DNA of 64,000 nt from an uncultured Spirochaetota bacterium (GTDB lineage Bacteria; Spirochaetota; Spirochaetia; SZUA-6; DRHE01): NCBI GenBank assembly GCA_963736785.1, contig CAVTQG010000031.1, forward strand, positions 15,434 to 79,433. The letters are read 5' to 3'. Position numbers and translations under genes: made by a program. The notes under the pieces are model-generated. The model was not told the DNA's origin. It searched no databases and saw nothing but the letters and a program-made list of their open reading frames with translations. This document shows, piece by piece, positions 17,955 to 27,328 of this stretch. Numbering within the stretch: the stretch's first letter is position 1; every line of letters starts with the position of its first letter.

Positions 17955-19514
17955 ATGGCAAAGATGAAGTCCCACCTGTCGAACCTCCGATGCTCGCTCG
18001 CCGATCTGCTCGGCGCAGACTACCTGAAAGCCGTCTGCGAGGCAAGAGCGTTCGCCGACGGGGCGGATGCCGGCGCGCTCCAGGCCATTGCCGAGGAAAA
18101 GGTGGATTTCTATCCGGCTTCTTTCCGGGAGCAGGGCGACCGCCTGGCGGATTCGGTCGGCCAGAAGGTTGTGGCCGGCTTCGCCTCTTCGGCCCGCGGG
18201 GCCGGCAGCCGGTCCTTCCTGAAGGCCTCCCACTTCGCCCAATCCCCCCTGGTGGGCTTCGGCTGCCTGCGCATCGCCGAGGACGGGATGGTGTACCTGA
18301 TCTCCAAGAGCGAGCACTACCACGCTTCCCTGGGGCACGATTTCCCCGGCTACCGCCTGATCGAGAACGCCAAGAAGCTCGGCGTGGCCAACATCACCCA
18401 CAACAACACGCGCGGGCACATCACCCGCCTCCTGGAGGAAGAGCTGGTCCGGACCGCCAACGGCCTGAAGCGCGGCGACCGCAAAGCGCTGGACCGGGTG
18501 CTGGAATCCCGCCAGGCGCACACCCTGAACCGGGTGATCAACCTGGAGACCGGCAGCCTGGCGGTGGAGGCCGCCCTGAAGATGATGCTGGCCCGTTTCT
18601 ACCGCCTGCACCACCATTTCCCCCTGCCGCCGTACCACGGCCGCGTCCCGGTGTTCCTGGTCATGGCGGACAACGAAGGCGGCAGGCAGGCCAACTATCA
18701 CGGCACCACCCTGCTCACCCAGGCCATGCGCGGCATGTGGCCCGAGCTGTACGCTGCGCTGGACCGGGAGGACCTGTTCCTGGTCCAGCCGGTGCGCCTG
18801 AATGACTCCGCTGCCTTCGAGGAGCAGCTCCTGCGCTACGAGAGCGGCAAGTACAAGGTGGCCGGCTTCTTCCACGAGCTGATCCTCATGAACTACGGGG
18901 GTATCCGCCTGAAGGAACGCTTCCTGGCCCGGGCCTACGAGCTGTGCCGGAAGCACGACGTGCCCACGATCGTGGACGAGATCCAGTCCTGCATCTGGAG
19001 CCCCGAGCTGTTCCTGTTTCGGGAGTACCGGCTGCGGCCGGACTTCGTCTCCGTGGGCAAGGGTTTCCCGGGCGGGCAGTACCCGGCCTCCAAGATCCTG
19101 TTCAGCTCGCACCTGGACAACCTGGACCAGTTCGGGGCGCTGGTCACCAACGGGCAGGAGGAGCTGGCCTCGCTGGCCTACCTGATCACCATGGAGTTCG
19201 TCCAGGCCAACGCCGGCTACGTCCGGGAGCTGGGCGAGTACTACGAGAAGGCGCTGCGGGCTCTGGCCAGGAAGCATTCCCGGCTGATAGACTGCATCGA
19301 GGGGCAGCGGCACCTGTCCGCGCTGTTCTTCCGCAGTGAGGAGAAGGCGGTGCTCTTCATCAAAATCCTCAACGAGGGGGGCATCGACATCAGCGCCCAG
19401 ACCTACAAGGCCAAGTGCCCGCCCTCGGCGCTGACCAAGCTGCCGCTCACGGCGACCCCGAAAATCGTGGACCTGCTGGTCGCCCGCATGGATGCGGCGC
19501 TCAGTAGCCTGTAA
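17955..19514 (+). CDS. class-III (ornithine/GABA-type) PLP aminotransferase-like protein with ~100-aa N-terminal extension
   Basis: Intact 519-aa ORF with motifs ..ETGSLAVEAALKM.., ..VDEIQSCIWSPELF.., ..PDFVSVGKGFPGGQYPAS.. (Schiff-base Lys context). Confidence 0.72.
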   Translation: MAKMKSHLSNLRCSLADLLGADYLKAVCEARAFADGADAGALQAIAEEKVDFYPASFREQGDRLADSVGQKVVAGFASSARGAGSRSFLKASHFAQSPLVGFGCLRIAEDGMVYLISKSEHYHASLGHDFPGYRLIENAKKLGVANITHNNTRGHITRLLEEELVRTANGLKRGDRKALDRVLESRQAHTLNRVINLETGSLAVEAALKMMLARFYRLHHHFPLPPYHGRVPVFLVMADNEGGRQANYHGTTLLTQAMRGMWPELYAALDREDLFLVQPVRLNDSAAFEEQLLRYESGKYKVAGFFHELILMNYGGIRLKERFLARAYELCRKHDVPTIVDEIQSCIWSPELFLFREYRLRPDFVSVGKGFPGGQYPASKILFSSHLDNLDQFGALVTNGQEELASLAYLITMEFVQANAGYVRELGEYYEKALRALARKHSRLIDCIEGQRHLSALFFRSEEKAVLFIKILNEGGIDISAQTYKAKCPPSALTKLPLTATPKIVDLLVARMDAALSSL

Positions 19515-19526
19515 GGAGGGCAAGAG

Positions 19527-20666
19527 ATGGCCCGCAGAAAAGTCCGCTTCGGGATCATCGGCCTGGGACTGATGGGCAGGGAGTTCGCCAGCGCCGCGGC
19601 CCGCTGGTGCCACCTGTTGGCCGACGGCCCGGTGCCGGAAATCACCGGCGTCTGCGACTCCAACCCCGCCGCCTGCATCTGGTTCCGGGACAACTTCCCC
19701 TCGGTGCGGATCGTCACCCAGAGCTACCAGGACCTGCTGGCCGCCGGGGACATCGAAGCGGTCTACTGCGCGGTCCCCCACAACCTGCACGAGAAGCTCT
19801 ACGTGGACATCATCCGGGCGGGCAAGCACCTGATGGGCGAGAAGCCCTTCGGCATCGACCAGGCTGCCAACGCCAACATCCTGCAGGCGGTGAAGGAAAA
19901 TCCCAAGGTGCTGGTGCGCTGCTGCTCGGAGTTCCCCTACTTCCCCGCGGCCCAGCGCCTGATCGGCTGGATCCGCGAGAAGAAGTTCGGGCGCATCCTG
20001 GAGGTGCGGGCCGGCTTCCACCACTCCAGCGACATGGACGTAACCAAGCCCATCAACTGGAAGCGCATGGTGGAGGTGAACGGCGAGTACGGCTGCATGG
20101 GCGACCTGGGCATCCACACCCAGCACATCCCGTTCCGGGCCGGCTGGGTACCGCGCACCGTGTACGCCGCGCTGTCCAAGATCGTCACCGAGCGGCCCGA
20201 CGGCAAGGGCGGCCTGGTCCCCTGCCGGACCTGGGACAACGCCGCGCTTTCCTGCGCGGTGGACTACGACGGCTACAGCTTCCCCATGGTCCTGGAGACC
20301 AAGCGCATGGCCCCCGGCGCCACGAACACCTGGTTCATCGAGGTGTACGGCCTTCAGGCCTCGGCGCGTTTTTCCACCGCCGAGCCGAAGAGCTTCTGGT
20401 ACTGCGAAACCCGGGGCAAGGAACAGGCCTGGTCGCGCCTGGACCTGGGCTACGCTTCCGCGGTCCCCGCCATCACCGGGGGCATCTTCGAGTTCGGTTT
20501 CCCGGACGCCATCCAGCAGATGTGGGCGGTGTTCCTCCAGGAGCTGGCCGGCGAAAAACCCGCCTTCGGCACCTTCACCCCGGAGGAGACCCGCCTGTCC
20601 CACGCCCTGCAGACCGCTGCCCTGGCCTCGCACCGCAACGGCTCCGTGGAGACGATGCGCCCGTGA
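19527..20666 (+). CDS. Gfo/Idh/MocA-family NAD(P)-dependent oxidoreductase
   Basis: Intact 379-aa ORF. The N-terminus VRFGIIGLGLMGREFA is a Rossmann motif, followed by ..YCAVPHNLH.. and ..LMGEKPF.. (EKP motif). The RBS AAGGAGG is upstream. Confidence 0.88.
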   Translation: MARRKVRFGIIGLGLMGREFASAAARWCHLLADGPVPEITGVCDSNPAACIWFRDNFPSVRIVTQSYQDLLAAGDIEAVYCAVPHNLHEKLYVDIIRAGKHLMGEKPFGIDQAANANILQAVKENPKVLVRCCSEFPYFPAAQRLIGWIREKKFGRILEVRAGFHHSSDMDVTKPINWKRMVEVNGEYGCMGDLGIHTQHIPFRAGWVPRTVYAALSKIVTERPDGKGGLVPCRTWDNAALSCAVDYDGYSFPMVLETKRMAPGATNTWFIEVYGLQASARFSTAEPKSFWYCETRGKEQAWSRLDLGYASAVPAITGGIFEFGFPDAIQQMWAVFLQELAGEKPAFGTFTPEETRLSHALQTAALASHRNGSVETMRP

Positions 20667-22063
20667 GCGCGGCCGCCCTCCAGCCCAAGGTCGGGCTGCT
20701 GCCCCTGTACCTGAAGCTGTACGACGACGGCCTGCCCCAGGCTCGGGCCCGCATGGAGAAGTTCTACCAGCAGATCGCGGTCGGCCTGGAGGTCCGCGGC
20801 CTGGAGGTGCTCACCTCCCCCGTATGCCGGGTCCGGCCGGAGTTCCAGGCCGCGGTGCGCGGCTTCGAGAGGCAAGGGGCGGAGGCGATCGTCACCCTGC
20901 ACCTGGCCTACTCCCCTTCCCTGGAGTCCGTCGACGCGCTGGCCTCCTCCCCCCTGCCGGTGATCCTCTGCGACACCACCCCGACCCGGTCCTACAGCCC
21001 GGAGCAGGACCCCGAGGAGCTGATGTACAACCACGGCATCCACGGCGTGCAGGACCTGTGCAACCTGCTGCTGCGCCGCGGCAAGCCCTTCCAGCTGGAG
21101 GTCGGCCACTGGGAGTCCGGAGACGTGCTGGACCGCGTAGCCCGGGACGCCGTGGCCGCGCACATGGCCCATCGCCTGCGGCACGCCCGCGCCGGGCTGA
21201 TCGGAGAGGCCTTCCGGGGCATGGGCGACTTCTACGTCTCCCCGGCTGATTTAAGGAAGGATTTCGGCATTCGGACCCGGCGGCTGGAGGCCGCGCGCAT
21301 CCGCCGCCTGGCCGCCGGCCTCACCGCGGAGGAGCTCTCCCTGGAGCGGGAGTTGGACCGGGAGCGTTTCGAGTTCCGGGAGGTGAAACCCGAGACCTAC
21401 GAGCGCAGCCTGCGCGCGAGCCTGGCGGTGCAGAAGTGGGCGGCCGAGGAGAAGCTGGACGCCTTCTCCTTCAACTTCCTGAGCATCGACCGCGCCCGGG
21501 GCCTGGACACGGTCCCCTTCCTGGCCGCCTCCAAGCTGCTGGCCCTTGGGGTGGGCTACGGCGGGGAGGGGGACCTGCTGACCGCCGCCCTGGTGGCCGC
21601 GCTGTCCAGCGTCTATCCCGAGACCAGCTTCACCGAGATGTTCTGCCCCGACTGGGAACACGGCACGGTGTACCTGAGCCACATGGGCGAGCTCAACTGG
21701 CGCCTGGTCGCCGGCAAGCCCCTGCTGCTGGAGATGGACTACAAATGGAGCCAGGCCGCCAATCCGGTGTACCTGGCGGGGCGCTTCAAGCCCGGGGATT
21801 TCCTGCTGGTGAACCTGGCGCCGCTCGCGCGGGGCTACCGCCTGCTCCTGGCTCCGGCCCGGATGCTGGAGGTGCCCGGGCCGGACCGCATGGAGCGCTC
21901 CGTGCGCGGCTGGTTCCAGCCTCCCCTGCCGCTTCCCGAGTTCCTGGCTGCCTACAGCCGCCTGGGCGGCACCCACCACCTGGCCCTGAGCTACGGGGCC
22001 TGCCTGGAGACGGTGTCCGCCTTCGGCCGCATGATGGGCTGGGACGTCCGGCTCATCGGCTGA
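20663..22063 (+). CDS. L-arabinose/L-fucose isomerase-family sugar isomerase (AraA-like), copy 2
   Basis: GTG at 20663 overlaps the upstream TGA (GTGA). The 466-aa product is VSAAALQPKVGLLPLYLKLYDD.., ..ARAGLIGEAFRGMGD.., ..GGTHHLALSYG... The first 352 codons of ORF 19607-22063 are an out-of-frame shadow. Confidence 0.75.
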   Translation: MSAAALQPKVGLLPLYLKLYDDGLPQARARMEKFYQQIAVGLEVRGLEVLTSPVCRVRPEFQAAVRGFERQGAEAIVTLHLAYSPSLESVDALASSPLPVILCDTTPTRSYSPEQDPEELMYNHGIHGVQDLCNLLLRRGKPFQLEVGHWESGDVLDRVARDAVAAHMAHRLRHARAGLIGEAFRGMGDFYVSPADLRKDFGIRTRRLEAARIRRLAAGLTAEELSLERELDRERFEFREVKPETYERSLRASLAVQKWAAEEKLDAFSFNFLSIDRARGLDTVPFLAASKLLALGVGYGGEGDLLTAALVAALSSVYPETSFTEMFCPDWEHGTVYLSHMGELNWRLVAGKPLLLEMDYKWSQAANPVYLAGRFKPGDFLLVNLAPLARGYRLLLAPARMLEVPGPDRMERSVRGWFQPPLPLPEFLAAYSRLGGTHHLALSYGACLETVSAFGRMMGWDVRLIG

Positions 22064-22088
22064 AGTGCAGCCGCAAAGGAGGTATCGC

Positions 22089-23537
22089 GTGAATCATCGA
22101 CAGGTCGCAGCATCGTTCGCGCTGGCCCTGGCCGTCGCAGCTTCCGGTTGGGCGGCGGGCTCCGCAGAACCGCAATCGCCGCAGCCGCTGGAGCAGCCGC
22201 AGCCGACGAGCAAGGCCGTCTTGGATCCCGACGACCCATGCCTGTCCTGCCACGCGGCCAGCACCCCCGGCCTGGTGGAGTCCTGGCGCCTGAGCCGCCA
22301 CGCCGCCTCCGGGGTGGGCTGCGCGGCCTGCCACTCCCCGAGCGCCGCGGACCCTTCCGGCGCGGAGCACTTCGGCGCCGCGGTGACGGCCGTGGTCTCC
22401 CCGCAGTACTGCGCCTCCTGCCATCCCGACGCGGTGGCCCAGAACCGGCGCTCCAAGCACGCCTGGACCGCCTTCATCGGGAACCTCCGGCCGTACTATG
22501 CCGAGGCCCGCGCGCGCGGACTGGATCCTTTCAGCCAGGAAACGGCCCGGACGCTGGACCCTGACCAGATGGCCAGGCGGAACGTGTCGAGCATGTTCCC
22601 CGACAGCGGCGTATTGAAGGCCACCGGCTTGCTGGAGCGGCCCGGCTTCAGCCACAACAACGTCAATCTGGGCTGCGCGCAGTGCCACGGCACGTTCGTG
22701 GTCGTCCAGCCCGACGGCACGCTGTCCGGCTGGCCGAACACGGGAATCGGCCGGGTCAACCCGGACGGCAGCCTGGGTTCCTGTTCCTCCTGCCACACCC
22801 GGCACAAGTTCAGCGTCGAGCAGGCGCGCAAGCCCGAGACCTGCGGGCAGTGCCACCTGGGACCCGACCACCCGCAGATCGAGATCTACGAGGAATCCAA
22901 GCACGGCAACATCTACGCCTCCAGCGGCGAGTCCTGGACCTGGAACGCCCCCGCGGGGAAGTGGGGACCCGAGCACATCGAGGCGCCCACCTGCGCCGCC
23001 TGCCACTTGAGCGGCTTCGGGGGGCAGCTGCCGGCGACCCACGACGTGGGCGAGCGCCTGTTCTGGGAGCTGCAGGCGCCGAAATCGGTCCCGCAGTGGA
23101 AGAACGCCGAGCAGGTCGGGGACCTGGTGCTGGAGCGTGTGCCGGACGCGGGCCAGGCGGCCGAAGGGCGAAAGCGGATGAAGAGCGTGTGCCTGCAGTG
23201 CCACAGCCCGAGGTGGGTGGACGGCTACTTCGCGGAATTCGACAAGGTGGTCGAGGACTACAACCTGGCCTGGGACTACGTGGACCGTCTTTTGCAGTCG
23301 GCCTACACCCAGGGGCTGGCCGCCAAGGACAACCCGCTGGATGAGCCCGCGGAGATCTACCACTACCTGATCTGGCACCACTCCGGACGCCGCTGGCGCA
23401 TGGGCGCGGCCATGATGGGACCGGATTGGACCCACTGGAACGGAGCGGTGGATACCCTCCTGATCAACCTGGGCTTGCTGCGCGGCGAACTGGAGTCCCG
23501 CCGCCGATACCAGGAGCTACGGGGGCCCGCTCGATAG
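22089..23537 (+). CDS. octaheme c-type cytochrome, hydroxylamine-oxidoreductase (HAO)-like family, secreted
   Basis: There are eight CxxCH motifs (CLSCH, CAACH, CASCH, CAQCH, CSSCH, CGQCH, CAACH, CLQCH). The HAO-type block is ETCGQCHLGPDHPQIEIYEESKHG. The signal peptide is VNHRQVAASFALALAVAASGWAAGS. GTG at 22089 follows AAAGGAGG; the ORF-track start at 22065 is the alternative. Confidence 0.85.
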   Translation: MNHRQVAASFALALAVAASGWAAGSAEPQSPQPLEQPQPTSKAVLDPDDPCLSCHAASTPGLVESWRLSRHAASGVGCAACHSPSAADPSGAEHFGAAVTAVVSPQYCASCHPDAVAQNRRSKHAWTAFIGNLRPYYAEARARGLDPFSQETARTLDPDQMARRNVSSMFPDSGVLKATGLLERPGFSHNNVNLGCAQCHGTFVVVQPDGTLSGWPNTGIGRVNPDGSLGSCSSCHTRHKFSVEQARKPETCGQCHLGPDHPQIEIYEESKHGNIYASSGESWTWNAPAGKWGPEHIEAPTCAACHLSGFGGQLPATHDVGERLFWELQAPKSVPQWKNAEQVGDLVLERVPDAGQAAEGRKRMKSVCLQCHSPRWVDGYFAEFDKVVEDYNLAWDYVDRLLQSAYTQGLAAKDNPLDEPAEIYHYLIWHHSGRRWRMGAAMMGPDWTHWNGAVDTLLINLGLLRGELESRRRYQELRGPAR

Positions 23538-23549
23538 CGCGCTGCCGGC

Positions 23550-24137
23550 ATGATAGCCCTCTACATCTTCGACATGGGCGGAGTGGTGAGCCTGGGTACC
23601 GACGTTTCCGCGCGGATCTCGGACTTCCTGAGCCTGGATCCCCCGGACCTGCGCGAGCTGACACGGGCGGAATTCGACAGCCTGGTGAGGGGCCAAATCA
23701 CGGTCGCGGAGTTCTGGCGGCGCTTCTCCGGGCTGACGGGCCGCGAGGTCGAGGAAGACCTGTGGGGCACCCTCTTCCAGCCCCGGCCCAACCGGGCCGT
23801 GCTCGAGCTGGTGCGGGGGCTCAAGGAAAAGGGGCGCGTGGTGGTCGGCACGAACACCATTGCCCCTCACTACCGGATCCACCAGGAGAACGGCGACTAC
23901 GCGGTCTTCGACGCCGTATACGCCTCGCACCTGATCGGCCTGGCCAAGCCCGACCCCGCCTTCTACAACCACATTCTGGGTGCGGAGGGCTGCCGCCCCG
24001 AACAGGCGGTATTCATCGATGACCTGGAGGCAAACGTGGCCGCCGGACGGCAGCTTGGCATCCACGCCCTGCTGTACCGGAGCGCAGGGAGGCTGCGCCG
24101 GCAACTCCGGCAGCTGCAGGGCGACGGCGGCCCGTGA
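23550..24137 (+). CDS. HAD-superfamily hydrolase
   Basis: Intact 195-aa ORF with motif I IFDMGGV, ..VVVGTNT.., ..KPDP.., ..VFIDDLEANV... Confidence 0.8.
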   Translation: MIALYIFDMGGVVSLGTDVSARISDFLSLDPPDLRELTRAEFDSLVRGQITVAEFWRRFSGLTGREVEEDLWGTLFQPRPNRAVLELVRGLKEKGRVVVGTNTIAPHYRIHQENGDYAVFDAVYASHLIGLAKPDPAFYNHILGAEGCRPEQAVFIDDLEANVAAGRQLGIHALLYRSAGRLRRQLRQLQGDGGP

Positions 24138-24151
24138 TTCAGCCGCAGCGC

Positions 24152-25449
24152 TCAACCCCCGATGTCCAGCATCGCCGCGCCGGAGCGGCGTATACTCAAC
24201 CGGTGGCAGGCGGCCGGGCCGAAAAGCTCGCCCATCTTCTCTAGATAACGCGGCAGGAGAGCCTCCGGCACGAACGCCTGGATGGTGCCCGCGAACCCGC
24301 CGCCGTGCACGCGCCAGGCTCCCCGGCCGGCCAGGAGGGTCTCGCTCACGGCCAGCCCCAGCGCGACGCCCTGCTCCCGCGCGGCTCCGGGCGGGTAGCA
24401 GTTCTGCAGCAGCCTCCAGGAGCTCTCCCCCGACTCCACTGCCAGGCGCAGGAATTCCGCCAGGTCCCCGCGGTCAAGCGCCTCGGCCTCCTCGGCCGCG
24501 CGCCGGTCCTCGTCGAAGAAGTGCAGCGCCCGCAGGATGGCCCGGTCGCCCACGGCGGCGCGCAGGGCGGCGGCCTCCTGCAGCAGGCGCTCCCGCGAGG
24601 CGCCGCGGAGAAGCTCCACGCCCAGCGCGCGGGCGGTCTCCTTCATTTCCCGTTCGATCGCCGCGTAGTCCCCGGTCAGGTCCGCGTGATGTCCGCCGGT
24701 GTCCACGATCACCAGCGCGAAACCGGTGGCGGTGAAGTCCAGCTCGATACCTTCCGCAACCGGGGATTGGAGAGGTCGGCGAAATCGATGGCCACAAAAC
24801 CCCCGACCGCGCAGGTGGTCTGGTCCATCAGGCCGCAGGGCTTGCCATAGTAGGCGTTCTCGGCGTACCGGCAGGCCTTGGCCAGCTCCAGGGCGGGGAT
24901 GCCGCCGGCGTTGTAGAGATGGTTGAGGACGGTGCCGATGGCCACCTCGTACGCGGCCGAGGAGCTCAAGCCCGAGCCCTTCAACACGCGGCTGGACAGG
25001 CAGGCGTGGAAGCCGCCGACCCGGTAGCCCAGCTCCGCGAGGCGCGCGGCGATGCCGCGCGTGAGGGCGGCCGGCTGGAAGCGCTCCTCGGGCCGCGCCT
25101 CCGGCCGGTCCAGCTCGATGAGCTGCCGCCCGTAACCCTCCGACTCGATCACCGCCTGCCCGCCGGCGCACGGGGCGGCCACCGCCGCCACGTCCAGGTC
25201 CACCGCGGCGGCCAGCACGCGGCCGGCGTTGTGGTCCGTGTGGTTGCCGCCGACCTCGGTGCGGCCCGGCGCGCTGAACAGCGATGCCTCCCGGTCGGCG
25301 GGAAAGGCTTCCGCATGGCGCCGCAGCAGCGCCTCGAAACGTTCCCGGGCGCCCTCCGCGGCCCCAGGTCGCCGGCCGTACAGTCGCTCCAGCTCCGCCC
25401 GCCCCCGATCGGAGCGCAGCGCGGAGGACAAGGCTTCGCGTGAGCTCAT
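24152..25449 (-). pseudogene. galactokinase-like GHMP sugar kinase, copy 1, one frameshift (~24757)
   Basis: The N-terminal part from ATG 25449 is MSSREALSS..FSAPGRTEVGGNHTDHNAGRVLAAAV (galactokinase signature), then ..GSGLSSSAAYEVA.. (GHMP motif). The C-terminal part lies in the frame of ORF 24152-25558 (..WRVHGGGFAGTIQAFV..). Confidence 0.78.
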
Positions 25450-25548
25450 GGCAAAAGAAGTATGGCATGCGCCTTCCGTAAAAAAAAGTCCCTCGGCGCG
25501 GCGACAAGAATCGGCGCGGGGCGTATAGTGACGCGGACGCGAGGTGAA

Positions 25549-26424
25549 ATGCAAGCACCGCTTCACCGGCGCGCGGGCCGGAGCCTGAGGGCCTACCTGG
25601 AGCTGACCAAGCCGCGCATCACCGCGCTCCTGCTGCTGGTGGCCGCAGCCTCGTTCCTGCTGGCCCGGCCCGAGTCCCCGGACTGGGCGGGCCTGCTGGC
25701 CCTGGTGGGCTGCCTCTGGCTCCTGGCCGCGGGGCTGTTCGCCCTCAACCACTTCCTGGAGCGCGGCCTGGACGCCCGCATGCCGCGGACCCGCAATCGG
25801 CCCCTGCCGGCCGGCCGCCTGTCGCCTGCAGAGGCGCTGGGCTTCGGCCTGGGCCTGACCCTGCTGGCCCTGGCCTGCACCACCCTGCGCTTCGGCTGGG
25901 TCGCGGGGGCACTGGCCCTGTTCACCCTGGCCAGCTACCTGTTCGTGTACACCCCGTTGAAGCTGCGCACCCCCTACCACGCCGCCCTGGGGGCCTGCAG
26001 CGGCGCCACCCCTCCGCTGCTGGGCTGGGCGGCGGCCACCGGCGGGCTCTCGCCGGCCTCGGGCTTGCTGGCCGCCATGCTGTTCTTCTGGCAGTTCGCC
26101 CACTTCCTGGCCATCGGGGCCCTGTACGCCGCGGAATACCAGGCGGCCGGCGTCCGGGTCCTGCCAGCGGAGCGCGGGGGCCAGGCCAGACTCCTGTTGG
26201 TCGGCAGCCAGGTGCTGTTGGTGCTGGCCAGCGGCGGCACGGTGCCAGCGGGTCTTTCCCGCCCGGTATACCTGGCCGGCGCGGGTCTGCTGGGCGGGCT
26301 CTACCTGGCCGTCGGCGGCTATGCCGCGCGCCGTGGCCGACCCCAGGATTACCGCCGGCTGGCCGCCGCCTCGGTCCTGTACCTGGCGGCCCTGTTCATT
26401 CTTCTGCTGGCATTGCGCGCCTGA
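25549..26424 (+). CDS. ctaB: protoheme IX farnesyltransferase (heme O synthase)
   Basis: UbiA-family protein with ..AYLELTKPRITALLLLV.., ..NHFLERGLDARMPRTRNRPLPAG.., ..FFWQFAHFLAI... ATG at 25549 (after GAGGTG) is preferred over the ORF-track start at 25462. Confidence 0.85.
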   Translation: MQAPLHRRAGRSLRAYLELTKPRITALLLLVAAASFLLARPESPDWAGLLALVGCLWLLAAGLFALNHFLERGLDARMPRTRNRPLPAGRLSPAEALGFGLGLTLLALACTTLRFGWVAGALALFTLASYLFVYTPLKLRTPYHAALGACSGATPPLLGWAAATGGLSPASGLLAAMLFFWQFAHFLAIGALYAAEYQAAGVRVLPAERGGQARLLLVGSQVLLVLASGGTVPAGLSRPVYLAGAGLLGGLYLAVGGYAARRGRPQDYRRLAAASVLYLAALFILLLALRA

Positions 26425-26498
26425 CCCGGTGCCCGACCCGGCGAACCCGCTATTGCGGCGCTTGACCCGGCGCGGGCCGGCGGCGCATCATCGGGCCC

Positions 26499-27320
26499 AT
26501 GGAAGCGGAAGTTCGTTACTGGATGTGCCGCCCGGACCAGATCGTCGAGCGCCGCCAGGCCTGCCCCGTGGCCTACGTGCCCCTGGGCACCCTGGAGTGG
26601 CACGGCCCGCACAACCCCGTCGGCGCGGACACACTGCAGGCCGAGGGCCTGGCCGTGCTCTGCGCCCGCCGGGGCGGCGGGCTGGTCCTGCCGCCCCTGT
26701 ACTACGGCGAAACCCGCAGCGAGTCCCTGGTGGACGTCACCGGGGCCGAGCACGTGGAGGTGGCCCGAGCCATGGGCCTGCCGCCGGAGAACTTCCTGCC
26801 GGACCGGCAGCCCTTCTCGGCCACCGAGCAGGTACTCAACTACCAGCGCCTGCTCCTGCACATCCTGGCCGAGGCGGAGAGCCTGGGCTTCCAGCTCGGG
26901 CGTGCTCGTCGCCGGCCATTACCCGCTGATCGACCACGCCCGCGCCGCGGTGCTGCTGTTCAACAAGCGCCGCTACAGCAAGTACCACGGCATGCTGGCC
27001 TGGACCTGCCTGGACTACCTGTTCCTGGAGGACCGCTACCCGTACGCCGGCGACCACGCGGCGGGCTGGGAGACCTCGCACCTGCTGGCCCTGCACCCCG
27101 AGACCGTGGACCTGGGGCGCCTGCCCGCCCAAGGGAGAGCCGGTGCTGGGCGTGGACGGCAAGCTGCCGCCCCACGAGGCCAGCGCCGAGCTGGGGCGGC
27201 GCACGCTGGAGGAGTCCGCCGAGTAGATCGTGAAAGGAAGTCCGTCACCGCCTGGAGAACCCGGGGCTGTACAGGCAGCACGGCTGGTGCCTGCGCGAGG
27301 GGCTCTGGCGAACCCGTTAG
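26499..27320 (+). pseudogene. creatininase-family amidohydrolase, frameshifted (>=3) plus one candidate in-frame TAG
   Basis: GTLEWHGPHNPVGADT.. (26499-frame), then ..VLVAGHYPLIDHARAA..GDHAAGWETSHLLAL.. (26902-frame), then ..PKGEPVLGVDGKLPPHEASAELGRRTLEESAE-TAG(27214-27216)-IVK, and the tail EVRHRLENPGLYRQHGWCLREGLWRTR with stop at 27318-27320. Confidence 0.68.
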
Positions 27321-27328
27321 TCCCGCAG

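Noticed and set aside
17931-20633. Very long antisense ORFs. Examples are 17931-20633 (-, 900 aa), 33709-36474 (+, 921 aa), 5624-8065 (-, 813 aa), 36471-38636 (+, 721 aa), 8621-10561 (+, 646 aa) and 40636-42351 (+, 571 aa), plus many 100-500-aa ones.
   Set aside because: Their translations are Arg/Gly/Pro/Ala/His/Gln-rich low-complexity strings with no family features. Each lies opposite or out of frame to a well-supported gene. This is the expected shadow-ORF behaviour of stop-poor high-GC DNA.
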